A stretch of 64,000 bases of DNA, taken from positions 352,001 to 416,000 of the forward strand of contig CAXXMU010000005.1 in NCBI GenBank assembly GCA_963667785.2, in the 5' to 3' direction. Below the pieces are notes generated by a model. It was not told where the DNA came from. It was given only the letters and a program-made list of their open reading frames with translations, and ran no database searches. Position numbers and translations under genes: made by a program. Shown here piece by piece: positions 17,660 through 27,779 of this stretch. Within the stretch, counting starts at the first letter, position 1. The number at the start of each line of letters is the position of its first letter. The stretch is from Alphaproteobacteria bacterium. GTDB taxonomy: Bacteria; Pseudomonadota; Alphaproteobacteria; UBA828.

Positions 17660-18457
17660 ATGCCGAAATTCGCCGCCAATCTCAGCTTCCTGTTCCAGGA
17701 GCTGGAATTCCTCGACCGCTTCGAGGCGGCGCGGCGTGCGGGCTTCCAGGCGGTCGAGTATCTCTTCCCCTACGACCATCCACCGGCGGAGATCGCGGCC
17801 CGGCTGGACGACAACGGGCTGAGCCAGGCGCTCTTCAACCTGTCGCCGGGGGACTGGGACGCCGGCGAGCGCGGCCTGACGGCGCTGCCGGGGAGGGAGG
17901 ACGACTTCCACCGCTCGGTCGACACCGCGCTCCGCTACGCCGATGCGCTCGGCTGCCGCCGGCTCCACGTGCTGGCGGCCGTCGTGCCGGACGGCGCCGA
18001 CGCGCGCGCCTGCGAGGACGCCTACGTGGCGAACCTCTCCCACGCGGCCGATGCCTTCGGGCGCGAGGGCATCCGCGCCCTCATCGAGCCGCTCAACACG
18101 ATCGACAATCCGGGCTATCTGCTGTCCACCGCCGGCCATGCACAGCGCGTGATCGAGACCGTCGGCAGCCCCAATCTCTTCCTCCAGTACGACCTCTATC
18201 ACCGCCAGATCATGGAGGGCAGCCTGGCCGCGGGCTTCGCGCAGCACCGCGAGATCATCGCCCATATCCAGATCGCCGGCGTCCCCGGCCGCCACGAGCC
18301 CGACGTGGGCGAGATCAACTACCCCTATCTCTTCGACATGCTCGACGCCGCGGGCTATGACGGCTGGGTCGGCTGCGAATACCGGCCCAGGGGCGGCACC
18401 CTCGATGGGCTGGGCTGGCTGGCTCCCTACGGCATCGGCACCGGGCTGATCGCCTGA
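17660..18457 (+). CDS. Hydroxypyruvate isomerase family (Hyi/OtnI)
   Basis: MPKFAANLSFLF, GFQAVEYLFP, IEPLN, DLYHRQ, HIQIAGVPGRHEP and GCEYRP. Confidence 0.9.
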   Translation: MPKFAANLSFLFQELEFLDRFEAARRAGFQAVEYLFPYDHPPAEIAARLDDNGLSQALFNLSPGDWDAGERGLTALPGREDDFHRSVDTALRYADALGCRRLHVLAAVVPDGADARACEDAYVANLSHAADAFGREGIRALIEPLNTIDNPGYLLSTAGHAQRVIETVGSPNLFLQYDLYHRQIMEGSLAAGFAQHREIIAHIQIAGVPGRHEPDVGEINYPYLFDMLDAAGYDGWVGCEYRPRGGTLDGLGWLAPYGIGTGLIA

Positions 18458-18494
18458 GCGGGCACGCAGGCGCGGAACGGCGGAGGAGGACGCG

Positions 18495-19130
18495 ATGACC
18501 GACGACACCTACCGGGACATCGGCTACGGCGCGATGGAGATCGGCTTCGGCGAGCGGCCGGGCATCCTGGTGGTCGATCTGCAGACCGGCTTCACCCAGC
18601 CGCGCTTTCCCCTCGGCGGCTGCGAGCTGGTGCATCGCGCGGTGGACAACAGCGCCCGGGTGCTGGCCGCCGCCCGCGCCGCAGGGGTGCCGGTCGCCAA
18701 CTGCTACACCGCCTATCACTCGAAGGGCGACATGCTGCACTGGAAGATCGGACCGGTGCGCGACGAGTTCTTCGAGGGCGAGCCCTGCACCGAGATGGAG
18801 CCCCGCACCTCCGATGCCGACTACGACTACATCCTGCGCAAGTCGGCGCCCTCGATCTTCTTCCAGACTCCGGTCGCCGCCTTCCTCACCAAGCACCGGG
18901 TGGACACGACCATCGTCATGGGCTGCATGACCAGCGGCTGCATCCGCGCGTCGGTGATCGATTCCTTCTCCAACGGCTACCGCACCATGGTGCCGGAGGA
19001 CTGCGTCGGCGACGCGGGCGAGGGGCCGCACCGGGATAACCTGCGCGATGTCGGCCGCCGCTACGCCGACATCGTCTCGTCCGGGCAGGTGCTCGACTAT
19101 CTCGACGAGATCAGGAAGCGCAATTCCTGA
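18495..19130 (+). CDS. Isochorismatase/cysteine hydrolase (N-carbamoylsarcosine/maleamate amidase-like)
   Basis: LVVDLQ, K..PSIFF and GCMTSGCIRASVID motifs; RBS GGAGGAGG. Confidence 0.85.
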   Translation: MTDDTYRDIGYGAMEIGFGERPGILVVDLQTGFTQPRFPLGGCELVHRAVDNSARVLAAARAAGVPVANCYTAYHSKGDMLHWKIGPVRDEFFEGEPCTEMEPRTSDADYDYILRKSAPSIFFQTPVAAFLTKHRVDTTIVMGCMTSGCIRASVIDSFSNGYRTMVPEDCVGDAGEGPHRDNLRDVGRRYADIVSSGQVLDYLDEIRKRNS

Positions 19131-19139
19131 AGGGTGCCC

Positions 19140-19433
19140 CTAGCAGGACGGCCGGAGCCGGTAGGGATCGGGCGCGGGCTGGATGTCGGCGCGGCCGGGG
19201 GGCAGGGCCTCCCCTTTCAGCACTGCTGCGCGGAGCGTCGCCTCGTCGACGGCGCGCTTCTCGTTGAGGGCGCGCGCGAGCGAGAGCGCCGCACGGCGCG
19301 TCTGGCAGGTGCCCACGAAGGCATAGAGCCGGCGGCCCTTCGCGTGCCGCTCGGCCCGGACGACGCGCCAGGTGGAGTCCTCGCCGGCCAGTCCCTCGAC
19401 GACCACGTAGTGGGTGGGCGCCCCGTCATCCAT
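19140..19433 (-). CDS. Hypothetical protein
   Basis: 97 aa ORF fitting between convergent genes, downstream of the dehydrogenase. Confidence 0.4.
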   Translation of the reverse strand: MDDGAPTHYVVVEGLAGEDSTWRVVRAERHAKGRRLYAFVGTCQTRRAALSLARALNEKRAVDEATLRAAVLKGEALPPGRADIQPAPDPYRLRPSC

Positions 19434-19485
19434 GGACCCGAGGCTAACCCGGATTCCCCGCCGGGGCCATGCTCCGCGCGGCGGG

Positions 19486-20346
19486 CTAACCGCGGTCGCG
19501 CACGTGTTCGTAGATCTCGGTGAAGTCCGAATCGGGACGCGCGGCCTCCATCCCGTCCCAGATGGTCCGCAGCATGCCGGCGAGGGTGCCGGGCGCGCCC
19601 GCGCCGGCCACGCTCGCCTGGTAGAGGCGGATGTCCTTGGCCATGAGCCTGGTGGCGAAGCCGGAATCGAAGCTGCCGGTGGCGATGCGGTTGGGGAACT
19701 TGTCCTCGGTCGCGGTGTTGCGGCCGGTGGACAGATTGACCGTCTCCAGGATCGTCGCCATGTCGAGGCCCTGCGAGACGCCGAAGGCCACCGCCTCGCT
19801 GGTCGCCGCCATCGCCGTGGCGGAGAGGAAGTTGTTCAGGAGCTTCATCGCCATGCCGTGGCCGGGCTCGGTGCCCACATGGCGGGCGTTCGCCGCCATC
19901 GGGCGCACGAAGGGCTCGACCTCGGCGAAGAGATCGTCGGGTGCGGCCACCATCATGGCGAGCGTGCCGGCCTGCGCGCCCTTCGTGCCGCCGCTCACCG
20001 GCGCATCGGCGTAGCGGATGCCGGCGCCGGCCAGCAGGTCGTGGGCCGCGCGCGCATCGGCGATGCCGGCCGTGGTGCTGTCCACCACGATCTCGACGGC
20101 CCTCTCCGAGCACGCCGCCAGCTCGCGCGCCACCTGCAGCACGACCGGCCCGTCGGGGAGGCAGAGGAAGACGATGCGGGCCCGCGCAGCGACCTCCCGC
20201 GCGGACCCGGCGCAGGGCGCCCCGGGCGGGGCCAGCGCCGCCGTGCCGGCGGCATCGAAGCACACCACCTCGTGGCCGGCGGCGGCCAGGTTGTGCACCA
20301 TGGGGCCGCCCATGTTGCCGAGGCCGATGAAGCCGAGGGCGGGCAT
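19486..20346 (-). CDS. 3-hydroxyisobutyrate dehydrogenase family NAD(P)-dependent oxidoreductase
   Basis: GFIGLGNMGGPM, DAPVSGG and KLLNN motifs. Confidence 0.9.
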   Translation of the reverse strand: MPALGFIGLGNMGGPMVHNLAAAGHEVVCFDAAGTAALAPPGAPCAGSAREVAARARIVFLCLPDGPVVLQVARELAACSERAVEIVVDSTTAGIADARAAHDLLAGAGIRYADAPVSGGTKGAQAGTLAMMVAAPDDLFAEVEPFVRPMAANARHVGTEPGHGMAMKLLNNFLSATAMAATSEAVAFGVSQGLDMATILETVNLSTGRNTATEDKFPNRIATGSFDSGFATRLMAKDIRLYQASVAGAGAPGTLAGMLRTIWDGMEAARPDSDFTEIYEHVRDRG

Positions 20347-20735
20347 CAGCCGGCCTTCGCTTCGCGGTGCTCGTCGACGACGCGGCGGGCGATGCGGAAC
20401 CCTTCGACCGCCGCCGGCGCGCCGCAATAGACGGCGACCTGGATCAGCGTCTCCTTGATCTCGTCCACGGTCACGCCGTTGGTGAGCGCGCCCTTGAGAT
20501 GCAGCTCCAGCTCGTGGTTGCGGCCCAGCGCCGACAGCATGCAGATGTTGTTGAGGCTGCGCTGCTTGCGGCTCAGCCCCGGCCGGCCCCATACCGCGCC
20601 CCAGCAGTATTCGGTGAGGATCTCCTGGAACTCCTGGTTGAAGTCGTCGGCGCTGCCGATGGCGCGGTCGACGTACTCGGAACCGAGCACCTCGCGCCGG
20701 ATCTGGAGGCCCTTCTCGTACATCTCGTTGGGCAT
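20346..20735 (-). CDS. Carboxymuconolactone decarboxylase family protein
   Basis: YEKGLQIRREVLG, EYCWGAVWGRPGL, HLKGALTNG and YCGAPA. Confidence 0.9.
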   Translation of the reverse strand: MPNEMYEKGLQIRREVLGSEYVDRAIGSADDFNQEFQEILTEYCWGAVWGRPGLSRKQRSLNNICMLSALGRNHELELHLKGALTNGVTVDEIKETLIQVAVYCGAPAAVEGFRIARRVVDEHREAKAG

Positions 20736-20846
20736 GGCGGCTACTCTCCTGGCTGACGGTGGGGGCCGCGCCCGGCGCGGCCGGCCGCGCATCATAGCGG
20801 CCCGGCCGGCAAATCCCAGGATAGCGGCAGAGTGTAGGCGGCCAGA

Positions 20847-21022
20847 TAGAGCGCATCCGTCTTTGACGGATGAGCGATAGGCCGCGACCGCGGCCCGCCG
20901 CTTATGCGGCGCCCTCGCATCGTGCGCTCCGCGCGCGTGGACGCGCGACGGCGTCGGCTGCAAGCCGACTGCCGTGAGCGACAAAAGGCTTGAGCGTTTC
21001 CGTGCGAAACGGAAACGCCCTA
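20847..21022 (+). repeat. Structured intergenic repeat/MITE-like element, copy 1
   Basis: TAGAGCG...CGCCCTA termini, GCCGC-TTAT-GCGGC hairpin and CTGCCGTGAGCGA core; the terminal CTA is the enolase stop. Confidence 0.85.
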
Positions 21023-22186
21023 TTCCGCCGTGTGCGCCTCGAGAAACGCCTCGTCGATGGTGACGCCGAGGCCGGGGCGGTCGGGAATGGCGATCATGCC
21101 GTCCTTCACCTCGAAGGACTCCTCGACGAGATCGTGCAGCAGCGGGTTGGCGCCGAGGGAGTACTCGGCGATCACCGCCGCCGGCGAGACGGCCATGACC
21201 TGGAGCCCGGCCGCGAAATTGAGCGCGCCGCCCCAGAGGTGGGGCGCGAGGAAGACCCCGTGGCACTCGGCCAGCGCCGCGATCCGCATGGCCTCGGTGA
21301 TGCCGCCGGCGATGGCGAGATCGGGCTGGAAGTAGTCCACCGCCTGGTGGGCCAGCAGGTCGCGGAAGTCGAAGCGGGTGAACTCGCTCTCGCCTGCGGC
21401 GACGGGGATGTCGCACGCCGCCCGGACCGTGCCCATGCCGGCCTTGTCGTCGGCGTTCACCGGCTCCTCGAACCAGGCGAGGCCGCATTCCTCCACCAGC
21501 CGCACGAAGCGGAGCGCCTCCTTCACCGAATAGGTGCCGTGGGCATCGACCATGATGGCGGTGTCGCAGCCGAGATGGGCGCGGGCCGCCCGCACCCGGC
21601 GCACCGAGGTGAGCAGGTCGCCGTCGCCGGCACCGACGCGCATCTTCACGGCGCGAAAGCCGCCGCGCGCGACATAGCCTTCGAGCTCCACGCCGATGGC
21701 CTCGGCCGGCGCCCAGCCGCCGGAGGCGTAGGCCGGCATGGCGTCCCGGCACTTGCCGCCCAGCAGCCGCCACACCGGGACGTCGAGCGAGCGCCCCAGG
21801 ATGTCCCAGCAGGCCATGTCGATAGCGCCGATGGCGCTGATCCTGATGCCACGACGGTCCAGCACCGGAAAGCCGCGGCCGCGCTCGAGCGCGAAGTGGG
21901 CGCGGCCGCCGCTGTAGCCGATCTCCCACAGCCGGCGAGGGTCGCGCGGGTCCTCGCCGATCAGCGCCGGGCCGAGATCGCGGTTGATGAGGGCCGTCAG
22001 CGCGGCATTGTTGCCCATGCTGCCGACCGAGGCCTTGGCCTCTCCCCAGCCCACCAGCCCGCATTCGGTCTCCACCCGAACGATGGTGGCGTCGAAGTAG
22101 TTGGCGACGCCGAGATCGCTCCGGTGCTGCTGCGCCGCGGGGATCGGCACGTGCGCCCAGCGCGCGGTGACGCTCCTGATCTTCAT
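21020..22186 (-). CDS. Mandelate racemase/muconate lactonizing enzyme family (enolase superfamily)
   Basis: GWGE, AIDMACWDILG, KMRVG, MVDAHG, WFEEP, AAGESE and QPD motifs. Confidence 0.9.
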   Translation of the reverse strand: MKIRSVTARWAHVPIPAAQQHRSDLGVANYFDATIVRVETECGLVGWGEAKASVGSMGNNAALTALINRDLGPALIGEDPRDPRRLWEIGYSGGRAHFALERGRGFPVLDRRGIRISAIGAIDMACWDILGRSLDVPVWRLLGGKCRDAMPAYASGGWAPAEAIGVELEGYVARGGFRAVKMRVGAGDGDLLTSVRRVRAARAHLGCDTAIMVDAHGTYSVKEALRFVRLVEECGLAWFEEPVNADDKAGMGTVRAACDIPVAAGESEFTRFDFRDLLAHQAVDYFQPDLAIAGGITEAMRIAALAECHGVFLAPHLWGGALNFAAGLQVMAVSPAAVIAEYSLGANPLLHDLVEESFEVKDGMIAIPDRPGLGVTIDEAFLEAHTAE

Positions 22187-22638
22187 CGTCCTGCCATCCC
22201 TCGGTGAGCGGTCGCGCAGTCCCGCCGAGCACGGCGGCGCTGCCTGCGCGCCGAAAGCAGCCGTTCGATGCGCGCGCGCAGCGCCTCGTCGTCGCGCGCG
22301 GCCCTGAAGATCTCGTAGTATTCGTCCTCGCCGATCCCTGCCGCCTCCTCGATGGCGCGGCCGATATCGGCGTCGGCCGCCTCGACGAGAGCCTCGCGCC
22401 TGTCCTCGTCGGCCTCGCCTTCGATGCGCGGACGCCACGCCTCGATCCGCCGGCTCACCTCGATCGTGACGGTCACGAACGCCTCGAGCGTGGCCTCGTC
22501 GTAGTCGTCGGCCGCCGCGCGCTGGCCCGGCCCGAGCACGGCACCTGCCAGGGCGATGGCCAGCAGCAGGACGGTGAGCCGCGGCAGGAGGCCGCTCACG
22601 GCGCCCCCTCGGCCGCGGCGGGTGTCGGGGGTCGCCAT
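22183..22638 (-). CDS. DUF4168-like exported protein (start may be GTG 22599)
   Basis: Signal peptide then DEATLEAFV...GI..DEY.EI..AAR.D..LR.RI. Confidence 0.65.
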   Translation of the reverse strand: MATPDTRRGRGGAVSGLLPRLTVLLLAIALAGAVLGPGQRAAADDYDEATLEAFVTVTIEVSRRIEAWRPRIEGEADEDRREALVEAADADIGRAIEEAAGIGEDEYYEIFRAARDDEALRARIERLLSARRQRRRARRDCATAHRGMAGR

Positions 22639-22663
22639 CGCGGTGCCTTCGGCGCGGGCGCCG

Positions 22664-23464
22664 CTAGCCGCCGGACCCGGCCGACCGGGTGAAGGTCAGC
22701 GTCGCAATGGGCGCATCCGAGAACGGGGCCACGCCGCGCAGGCTCGTGATGGTGCCTTGCGGCAAGGTGGCGGCGTTGTCGAACGAGAGCTCGTCTCCCT
22801 CCTCGGTGCCGGCGTCCCAGGGAAAAAGCTCCAGCGTGAGCGTCTCCACCCACGCGCCTGACGCATCGAGGAGCGAGAGACCGGAGACGCCCACGAACCA
22901 GTCGGGGCTGGGCGCGATCATCGAGAGCAGGGTGATGCGCGGATGGTCGGCGGTGACGGTGACGGCATCGAACGTCGACGAGTCCGTCGCGCCGCTGCCG
23001 TCCTCCTTGCGCAGCACGCCGAGCGTGTTCGCCCCGGCCGCCTCGATTTCCTTCGTCAGGGTGGCCGTGCGCCCGCGCTCCGCCATGGATTCGACGCCCG
23101 GCGTGGCCATGCCGCCGGCCTCGAGGAAGGTGACGGCAGCGTTGTGGACGCCGCCGATCAGCGGCGAGAAGTGCGCGCCGTCGGGCATGCCTGCCGGGGT
23201 GACGTCGGTGGTCCAGGTGCCGGTGAAGGTCACGCCATAGGTCACGGAATCGTGAGCGGACGTGAGAGCCGGGTCGTCGGCCTGCGGGCTGAGCGACATG
23301 TCGGGCGCCGTCTCGGCATGGGCGCTCCCGAGGACGAACGTGGCGGCGATGAGGGCGGCACAGGCCGAGGCGGCGATACGCCCGGTCCACCCGATGCCGG
23401 AGCTGAAGGGCGGCACTGCCTCGGCGGCGGTGCCGCCACGAGCCGGCATGGCGGACCTCCTCAT
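22664..23464 (-). CDS. Secreted Spondin_N domain protein (start uncertain)
   Basis: Y.VTFTGTW, HFSPLIGGVH, ATPGVESMAERG, SMIAPSPDWFVG and WDAGTE motifs; signal-like N-terminus. Confidence 0.85.
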   Translation of the reverse strand: MRRSAMPARGGTAAEAVPPFSSGIGWTGRIAASACAALIAATFVLGSAHAETAPDMSLSPQADDPALTSAHDSVTYGVTFTGTWTTDVTPAGMPDGAHFSPLIGGVHNAAVTFLEAGGMATPGVESMAERGRTATLTKEIEAAGANTLGVLRKEDGSGATDSSTFDAVTVTADHPRITLLSMIAPSPDWFVGVSGLSLLDASGAWVETLTLELFPWDAGTEEGDELSFDNAATLPQGTITSLRGVAPFSDAPIATLTFTRSAGSGG

Positions 23465-23607
23465 TGCTCCTCACCTCCCCCAACGCGCGCGTTCCGGCGG
23501 AACCGCTCATCGACGTTGAAGCGATTACGATAGCAGGATGGCCCGACCTGCGTAATCACGAAAAGGTGAGTGACGACAGCCGGTTCGGGTCGGGAACCGC
23601 GGCTCCG

Positions 23608-24612
23608 TCAGGTGACCTGGAAGCCGTGGGCGAAGGGGTCCTCGGCATCGACGAAGATGGTGTTGAGCCCGGTGATCCGCGCCCAGCCCTCGATGCTCGG
23701 CACGATGGCGTCGTGGTTGCCCACACGGGCGGCGCTCTCGACGCGGCAGCGGAACAGGCTGCCGATGATGCTCTCGTGCACGAACTCGTCGCCGGCAGCC
23801 AGCCTGCCCTTGGCCGCCCACTGCGCCATGCGCGCCGAGCTGCCGGTGCCGCAGGGGGACCGGTCGAGCGCGCCGGAGCCGTAGAAGACGGCGTTCCGCC
23901 CGTGGGCGCTCGCGTCCCGCGGCGCGCCGGTCCACATCACGTGGCTGACGCCGGCGATCGAGGGGTCGTCCGGGTGAACGCAGTCCACCACCCGGTTGCA
24001 GGCCTCGCGCAGGCCGGGGCTCATGGCCAGCAGCTCGGCCGCCGAGAACGCCTCCATCCCCGCGTAGCCCGGCTGCGGATCGACAATGGCGTAGAAGTTG
24101 CCGCCATAGGCGATGTCCACCGTGAGCGGGCCGAGGACCGGGCACTCGACCGTGACGCCGGTCTCGGCCAGGAAGCTCGGCACGTTGGTGATGCGCACGG
24201 CGTCCACGCGTGCGCCATCCTGCCGGTAGCGCGCGTCGACGCGGCCCGCCGGCGTGTCGAGGACCACGATGCCCTCGCTCCGCGGGGAGACGAGGCCGTG
24301 CTCGAGCGCGATGGTCACGGTACCGATGGTGCCGTGGCCGCACATCGGCAGGCACCCCGTGGTCTCGATGAAGAGGAGCGCGAGATCGGCGTCCCCCGAG
24401 ATGGGCGGATAGAGCACCGTGCCCGACATCAGATCGTGGCCGCGCGGCTCGAACATGAGCGCCTGCCTGATCCAGTCGTAGTCGCGGAGGAAGTGCTGGC
24501 GCCGCTCGCTCATGCTGGCGCCGGCGAGCGCAGGCCCGCCGCCCGCCACCACCCGCACCGGATTGCCGCAGGTGTGGCCGTCGATGCAGAAGAAGCTGTG
24601 GCGTGCGCTCAT
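23608..24612 (-). CDS. 4-hydroxyproline epimerase (proline racemase family)
   Basis: DGHTCGNPVR, EPRGHDLMSG, PMCGHG and DRSPCGTG (both catalytic Cys). Confidence 0.9.
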   Translation of the reverse strand: MSARHSFFCIDGHTCGNPVRVVAGGGPALAGASMSERRQHFLRDYDWIRQALMFEPRGHDLMSGTVLYPPISGDADLALLFIETTGCLPMCGHGTIGTVTIALEHGLVSPRSEGIVVLDTPAGRVDARYRQDGARVDAVRITNVPSFLAETGVTVECPVLGPLTVDIAYGGNFYAIVDPQPGYAGMEAFSAAELLAMSPGLREACNRVVDCVHPDDPSIAGVSHVMWTGAPRDASAHGRNAVFYGSGALDRSPCGTGSSARMAQWAAKGRLAAGDEFVHESIIGSLFRCRVESAARVGNHDAIVPSIEGWARITGLNTIFVDAEDPFAHGFQVT

Positions 24613-25601
24613 GGCTCGCCCTCGCCGGCGACCGCCACCCACCGGCCGGTTGCCGCGGCCGCGACCAGCGCCTCCATCACGGCGATACCGTGCACGGCTT
24701 CGGCGGTCGTCACCGTGTACGCCGCCTCGCCGGCGCAGGCGGCGGCGAACTCGTCGAGCTCCAGCCTGAGTGTGTCCAGCGCCTCGATCGGCTCGTCGCG
24801 CGCGGGCCCGTCCGCCGGGTGGACGGTGAGCCGGCTGTTGTCGATCTGGGCGTGTGCATTGCCGCCGGTACCGTAGACGTTGATGTAGGACGTGTGCGGG
24901 CACGCGAACATGGTGCCGAGATAGCCGGAGACGCCTGATTCGAAGGTGAACAGCACCGATGTCGTGTCGTCGATATCGACCGGGACCGCGCGCCGGTAGG
25001 CCTGCGCCGCGACCCGCGCGATGGGCCCGAGCAGATAGACGAGGGCGTCGATCATGTGGATGCCGAGCCCGGTGACCGAGCCGGCCGGGCTCTCGACACG
25101 GTTGGAGCGCCAGAGATCGGGCGGGTAGCCGAGCGCGCTCGGGACCGAGAAGTTCGCCTCGGCGTGGAGGACCGTGCCGAAGTCGCCCGCTTCGAGCATC
25201 GCCTTGAGAGCGCGGGTGGCGCTATGCCAGCGCCGGTTTTGCCCGATTGCGAGCACCACGCCGGCCGCCGCGCACGCATCCGCCGCGGCCTGCGCGCTCG
25301 CACGGGTGAGCGTGAAGGGCTTCTCGCAGAAGACGTGCTTGCCGGCCGCAGCCGCCGCGATCACCTGCTCGGCATGGGTCGAGTGCGGCGTGGTGAGGAT
25401 GACCGCGTCGATCGTCTCGTCGGCGAGCACCGCCTCGTAGGACTCGTGCTGGGCCGTGCCGTACTTCTCGGCAAAGGCCGCGCGCTTCGCCGCCGAGCGG
25501 GTGAAGCAGGTCACGATGCGGATCGCGTCCGACTTGCCCTGTGCGGCGTCCGCGAGCTCGTCGGACCACCAGCCCATTCCGATTGAGGCGGCGCGCAGCA
25601 T
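24609..25601 (-). CDS. Gfo/Idh/MocA family oxidoreductase
   Basis: IGMGWW, TTPHSTH, GKHVFCEKP and GIHMID. Confidence 0.9.
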   Translation of the reverse strand: MLRAASIGMGWWSDELADAAQGKSDAIRIVTCFTRSAAKRAAFAEKYGTAQHESYEAVLADETIDAVILTTPHSTHAEQVIAAAAAGKHVFCEKPFTLTRASAQAAADACAAAGVVLAIGQNRRWHSATRALKAMLEAGDFGTVLHAEANFSVPSALGYPPDLWRSNRVESPAGSVTGLGIHMIDALVYLLGPIARVAAQAYRRAVPVDIDDTTSVLFTFESGVSGYLGTMFACPHTSYINVYGTGGNAHAQIDNSRLTVHPADGPARDEPIEALDTLRLELDEFAAACAGEAAYTVTTAEAVHGIAVMEALVAAAATGRWVAVAGEGEP

Positions 25602-25683
25602 GGCTTACACCCGCTTCCATGACCCTTGCACCGACACTAGCATTCCGCCTGCCGCCGGCGAACCCGATTCCCGGCGGAGGCCC

Positions 25684-26850
25684 GTGAGGCCCCCTGTGGA
25701 GGCCCTGACCGGCGCCCGGCTGCACGGGCCCGACGGGTTTCTCACGGGCCGCGCCCTGCTGCTGGAGGGCGGCACCGTCGGCGACATCGTGGCCGACGAC
25801 GCGATCCCGCCTGCCGCCCGCATCACCCGGCTCGCGGGCGGCACGCTCGCCGCCGGCTTCATCGACCTTCAGGTCAACGGCGGCGGCGGCGTGATGTTCA
25901 ACGACGCACCGAGCGCCGACACGATCGCCGCGATCGGCGCCGCCCACAGGGCGCGGGGCACCACGTCGTTCCTGCCGACCTTCATCTCCGGCGGGCGCGC
26001 CGAGATGGCGCAGGCGGTGGCGGCGGTGCGCGCGGCGATGGAGCGGGCGCTGCCGGGGGTGCTCGGCATCCACTTCGAGGGGCCCCACCTCAACCCGGCC
26101 AGGCGCGGCGCCCACGATGCGGCGGCGCTGCGGCCGCCCGCCGAGGGCGACATCGACCTGCTCGCCTCGCTCGGCACGGGCCGCACCCTGGTGACGCTCG
26201 CGCCGGAGTGCGTCGCGCCGGCGGATATTGCGGCGCTTGCCGGGCGCGGCGTCGTCGTCGTCGCCGGCCACAGCGAGGCAGACGCAGAGACCATGGGCAG
26301 GGCGGTTGCGCAGGGGCTCGGCGGCGTCACCCACCTCTTCAACGCCATGGGCCCGCTCGGCCATCGCGAGCCGGGCACGGCAGGCGCGGCGCTCAGCGAG
26401 GATTCGCTTGCCTGCGGCATCATCGCCGACGGCGTCCACGTGCACTGGGACATGCTGCGCCTCGCCTGGCGCGCGAAGCCCAGGGGCAGGCTCTTCCTGG
26501 TGAGCGACAGCATGGCTCCCGTCGGCACGCCCGAGATGGAGACATTCCGCCTCGGCGGTGCGCCGGTGCGCCTCGTGGACGGCTGCCTGCGCACGGCGGA
26601 TGGCCGGCTCGCCGGCTCCCTGCTCGATCTGGGGTTGGCGGTGCGGAACTGCGTCGTCCACGCCGGCATCCCGCTGGAGGACGCGCTCTCCATGGCCGCC
26701 GCGTGGCCGGCGGATTTCCTCGGCGTCGGCGCGGACCGCGGACGCCTCGCGCCGGGGCTCCGGGCCGATCTCGTCTGGCTCGACGACGACCTGCGCGTGC
26801 GGACCGTCTGGACCGCCGGCGTGCCCGCCGACGCGCCGGCGGACACCTAG
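25684..26850 (+). CDS. nagA: N-acetylglucosamine-6-phosphate deacetylase
   Basis: GFIDLQVNGGGG, HFEGP, TLAPE, THLFNAM, DGVHV and LAGS. Confidence 0.9.
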   Translation: MRPPVEALTGARLHGPDGFLTGRALLLEGGTVGDIVADDAIPPAARITRLAGGTLAAGFIDLQVNGGGGVMFNDAPSADTIAAIGAAHRARGTTSFLPTFISGGRAEMAQAVAAVRAAMERALPGVLGIHFEGPHLNPARRGAHDAAALRPPAEGDIDLLASLGTGRTLVTLAPECVAPADIAALAGRGVVVVAGHSEADAETMGRAVAQGLGGVTHLFNAMGPLGHREPGTAGAALSEDSLACGIIADGVHVHWDMLRLAWRAKPRGRLFLVSDSMAPVGTPEMETFRLGGAPVRLVDGCLRTADGRLAGSLLDLGLAVRNCVVHAGIPLEDALSMAAAWPADFLGVGADRGRLAPGLRADLVWLDDDLRVRTVWTAGVPADAPADT

Positions 26851-26876
26851 CCCCTGGCCCGGTGGCAGGAGGAACG

Positions 26877-27779
26877 ATGCGCATCGGTATCGACATCGGC
26901 GGCACCAAGCTCGCCGCGATCGGTCTCGACGATGACGGCGCCGAGCTGGCGCGCTTCCGCCAGCCGGTCCCGACGGGCTTCGACGACCTGATCGACGCCG
27001 TCGCCGGCATGGTCGAGCGGCTGACGGCGGCCGGCGTGCGCGCGCCCGCGATCGGCGTCAGCATCCCCGGCGTCATCACGCGCGACGGCGGGATCGACAT
27101 GATCGTGAACCTGCCCTGGCTCGCTGGCCGGCCGCTGCGCGCGGCCCTGGAGGCGCGGCTCGGCTGCCCGGTCGCGCTCGCGAACGATGCCAACTGCTTC
27201 ACCCTCTCCGAGGCGAGCGACGGCGCTGCCGCCGGTGCCGAGGTGGTGTTCGGCGTCATCCTCGGCACCGGCGTCGGCGGCGGGCTCGTGGTAGGCGGCA
27301 GGGTCCTGGTGGGCGCCAACGCCAGCGCCGGCGAGTGGGGCCACAATCCCTGGCCCACGCCCGGCGCGGGCGGCGTGCCGTGTGCCTGCGGGCGCTTCGC
27401 CCAGGGCTGCGTCGAGACTTGGCTCAACGGGCAGGCGCTCGCGCGCGACTATGCGGCGATCGGCGCAGGCGAAGCGACGGCCGAGGCGATCGGCGCGCGG
27501 GCCGAGGCCGGCGAGGCGGCCGCCACCGAGGCGGTGGCCCGCTACGCCGGGCGTCTGGCCCAGGCGCTCGCCGGCGTCATCAACGTGGTCGACCCGGACG
27601 CGATCGTGCTCGGCGGCGGGCTTTCGGAGATCGCCGCGCTCTATCGGCTCGTGCCTGCCGCCTGGGGTCGGCACGCGAGCGTCGACCGGCCGGCCACGAA
27701 GCTCGTCCGCGCGCGCTTCGGCCCGGACAGCGGCCTGCGCGGCGCGGCGTGGCTCGGGGTGGGCGCGTTTCCGTCTTAG
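26877..27779 (+). CDS. ROK family sugar kinase (GlcNAc kinase/Mak-like)
   Basis: IGIDIGGTK, NDANCF, LGTGVGGG and GEWGH..C.CG...C.E. Confidence 0.9.
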   Translation: MRIGIDIGGTKLAAIGLDDDGAELARFRQPVPTGFDDLIDAVAGMVERLTAAGVRAPAIGVSIPGVITRDGGIDMIVNLPWLAGRPLRAALEARLGCPVALANDANCFTLSEASDGAAAGAEVVFGVILGTGVGGGLVVGGRVLVGANASAGEWGHNPWPTPGAGGVPCACGRFAQGCVETWLNGQALARDYAAIGAGEATAEAIGARAEAGEAAATEAVARYAGRLAQALAGVINVVDPDAIVLGGGLSEIAALYRLVPAAWGRHASVDRPATKLVRARFGPDSGLRGAAWLGVGAFPS

